DNA of 458 nucleotides from assembly GCF_003334255.1 (NCBI RefSeq), contig NZ_QOWU01000237.1; one strand, 5' to 3'. This document shows positions 1-458 of the stretch, piece by piece. Position 1 is the first letter of the stretch; each line of letters begins with the position of its first letter. The position numbers and the translations under genes were made by a program. The notes below the pieces were generated by a model. The model was not told the origin of the DNA, made no database searches, and worked only from the letters and a program-made list of their open reading frames with translations. The stretch is from Escherichia coli (GTDB lineage Bacteria; Pseudomonadota; Gammaproteobacteria; Enterobacterales; Enterobacteriaceae).

Positions 1-16
1 AATTTGAGAGACTCAC

Positions 17-34
17 GAACAACTTTCGTTGTTC
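17..34 (-). other. Perfect 7-bp hairpin with GNRA (GAAA) tetraloop in the 23S 5' flank
   Basis: Seen in sequence: 17-23 gaacaac and 28-34 gttgttc are perfect inverted repeats around tttc. In transcript sense this is GAACAAC-GAAA-GUUGUUC. It is not followed by a U-tract, so it is not an intrinsic terminator. Inference: a structural element of the pre-23S leader near the region that pairs with the 23S 3' flank for RNase III processing. Confidence 0.5.
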
Positions 35-62
35 AGTGTTTCAATTTTCAGCTTGATCCAGA

Positions 63-75
63 TTTTTAAAGAGCA
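63..75 (-). promoter_or_regulatory. Spacer boxA antitermination element (Nus-factor binding motif)
   Basis: Seen in sequence: reverse complement of 63-75 is TGCTCTTTAAAAA, one mismatch from the rrn leader boxA consensus TGCTCTTTAACAA. It lies immediately downstream (in transcript sense) of a boxB-like hairpin. Established knowledge: rrn operons carry a second boxB-boxA pair in the 16S-23S spacer that supports processive antitermination through 23S. Confidence 0.7.
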
Positions 76-76
76 A

Positions 77-114
77 ATATCTCAAACATCACCCGAAGAT
101 GAGTTTTGAGATAT
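77..114 (-). promoter_or_regulatory. boxB-like RNA hairpin preceding spacer boxA
   Basis: Seen in sequence: 77-86 (atatctcaaa) is perfectly complementary to 105-114 (tttgagatat). In transcript sense the inner part is CAUC-UUCG-GGUG, giving a C(UUCG)G tetraloop with a short bulge. Its position 2 nt upstream of boxA in the transcript matches the boxB-boxA arrangement. Confidence 0.6.
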
Positions 115-148
115 TAAGGCAGGTGACTTTCACTCACAAACCAGCAAG

Positions 149-224
149 TGGCGTCCCCTAGGGGATTCGAACCCCTGTTACCGCCGTGAAAGGGCGGTGT
201 CCTGGGCCTCTAGACGAAGGGGAC
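149..224 (-). tRNA. gltT/gltU/gltV/gltW: tRNA-Glu, anticodon UUC, 76 nt, CCA encoded
   Basis: Seen in sequence: reverse complement of 149-224 is GTCCCCTTCGTCTAGAGGCCCAGGACACCGCCCTTTCACGGCGGTAACAGGGGTTCGAATCCCCTAGGGGACGCCA. It folds as a cloverleaf by hand: acceptor stem GUCCCCU/AGGGGAC, anticodon stem CCGCC/GGCGG with loop CUUUCAC (anticodon UUC = plus-strand gaa at 188-190), T-arm with GGTTCGAATCC, discriminator G, terminal CCA (plus-strand tgg at 149-151). Established knowledge: matches the E. coli tRNA-Glu carried in rrnB/C/E/G spacers. The specific copy cannot be determined from the window; if the source is E. coli K-12 in reference orientation, a minus-strand Glu-type operon would be rrnG (gltW), but that is inference only. 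Confidence 0.95.
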
Positions 225-263
225 ACGAAAATTGCTTATCACGCGTTGCGTGATATTTTCGTG
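224..263 (-). other. Extended imperfect hairpin abutting the tRNA-Glu 5' end
   Basis: Seen in sequence: outer stem 224-231 (cacgaaaa) pairs with 256-263 (ttttcgtg); inner stem 237-244 (tatcacgc) pairs with 248-255 (gcgtgata); 3-nt loop gtt at 245-247; asymmetric internal loop at 232-236. Position 224 is also nucleotide +1 of the tRNA, so the 3' strand of the hairpin in transcript sense runs directly into the tRNA. Confidence 0.5.
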
Positions 264-395
264 TAGGGTGAGCTTTCATTAATAGAAAGCGAACGGCCTT
301 ATTCTCTTCAGCCTCACTCCCAACGCGTAAACGCCTTGCTTTTCACTTTCTATCAGACAATCTGTGTGAGCACTGCAAAGAACGCTTCTTTAAGG
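225..395 (-). other. Internal transcribed spacer, proximal part (between 16S 3' end and tRNA-Glu)
   Basis: Seen in sequence: lies between the 16S 3' terminus and the tRNA on the same strand. From memory it matches the E. coli Glu-type spacer (transcript sense begins CCTTAAAGAAGCGTTCTTTGCAGTGCTCACACAGATTGTCTGATAGAAAGTGAAAAGCAAGGCG...). Boundaries follow from the two flanking RNA genes. Confidence 0.85.
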
Positions 396-458
396 TAAGG
401 AGGTGATCCAACCGCAGGTTCCCCTACGGTTACCTTGTTACGACTTCACCCCAGTCAT
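396..458 (-). rRNA. rrs: 16S ribosomal RNA, 3'-terminal 63 nt (partial; gene continues beyond the window end)
   Basis: Seen in sequence: plus strand 396-458 is taaggaggtgatccaaccgcaggttcccctacggttaccttgttacgacttcaccccagtcat. Its reverse complement ends ...GTAACAAGGTAACCGTAGGGGAACCTGCGGTTGGATCACCTCCTTA, the conserved 16S 3' terminus. It contains the anti-Shine-Dalgarno CCUCC (plus-strand ggagg at 399-403). Established knowledge: this terminus is nearly invariant in Enterobacteriaceae. Mature 3' end placed at 396. Confidence 0.95.

Larger units (their letters stand above)
1..148 (-). other. Internal transcribed spacer, distal part (between tRNA-Glu and 23S rRNA; 23S start lies beyond position 1)
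   Basis: Seen in sequence: no 23S 5' terminus (reverse complement of GGTTAAGCGACTAAGCG) occurs in the window. From memory of the E. coli spacer, the 23S 5' end lies roughly 50 nt beyond position 1 on the minus strand. Contains the boxB-like hairpin, boxA motif and a GAAA-tetraloop hairpin listed separately. Confidence 0.85.

Noticed and set aside
17-34. GC-containing hairpin as a possible intrinsic terminator
   Set aside because: No U-tract follows it on the transcribed (minus) strand, and on the plus strand it is followed by cagtgtttcaattttc rather than a clean T-run. It sits inside an antiterminated rRNA transcript upstream of 23S.
99-161. Short plus-strand ORF beginning atgagttttgag... 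and ending at tag (about 20 codons)
   Set aside because: It lies antisense to the rRNA spacer and tRNA-Glu and has no RBS. It is far too short and is explained by chance in a non-coding, highly structured RNA region.
224-263. Inverted repeat as a possible mobile-element terminal inverted repeat or protein operator site
   Set aside because: It is continuous with the tRNA within a known rRNA spacer, there are no flanking direct repeats and no transposase ORF. It is better explained as RNA secondary structure in the precursor.
225-395. Possible tRNA-Ile or tRNA-Ala genes in the spacer
   Set aside because: No sequence matching tRNA-Ile(GAU) or tRNA-Ala(UGC), and no second cloverleaf, is present. 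The only tRNA is Glu, so this is the Glu-type spacer.
391-410. Plus-strand aaggaggtgatcc resembles a strong Shine-Dalgarno ribosome-binding site
   Set aside because: It is the complement of the 16S rRNA 3' end (anti-Shine-Dalgarno CCUCC) on the minus strand, not a plus-strand RBS. No plausible start codon or ORF follows within the window.
1-458. CRISPR array, tandem repeats or a protein-coding defence system
   Set aside because: No direct repeats of CRISPR length or spacing are present, and no ORF of meaningful length exists on either strand. The whole window is assigned to rRNA operon components.

Overview
This window is a segment of a ribosomal RNA operon transcribed on the minus strand, and I find no evidence of a novel system in it. 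Read in transcript order (high to low coordinates) it contains the 3' end of 16S rRNA (458 to 396, truncated by the window edge), a 171-nt spacer (395 to 225), a complete tRNA-Glu(UUC) with encoded CCA (224 to 149), and the distal spacer leading toward 23S rRNA (148 to 1), whose mature 5' end lies beyond position 1. The layout and sequence match, from memory, the Glu-type 16S-23S intergenic spacer of Escherichia coli and close Enterobacteriaceae (rrnB/C/E/G type, not the tRNA-Ile/tRNA-Ala type). The distal spacer carries a boxB-like hairpin with a UUCG tetraloop followed by a boxA-like antitermination motif. No protein-coding gene, mobile element or CRISPR array is supported. All coordinates come from manual reading and should be treated as accurate to within a nucleotide or two.
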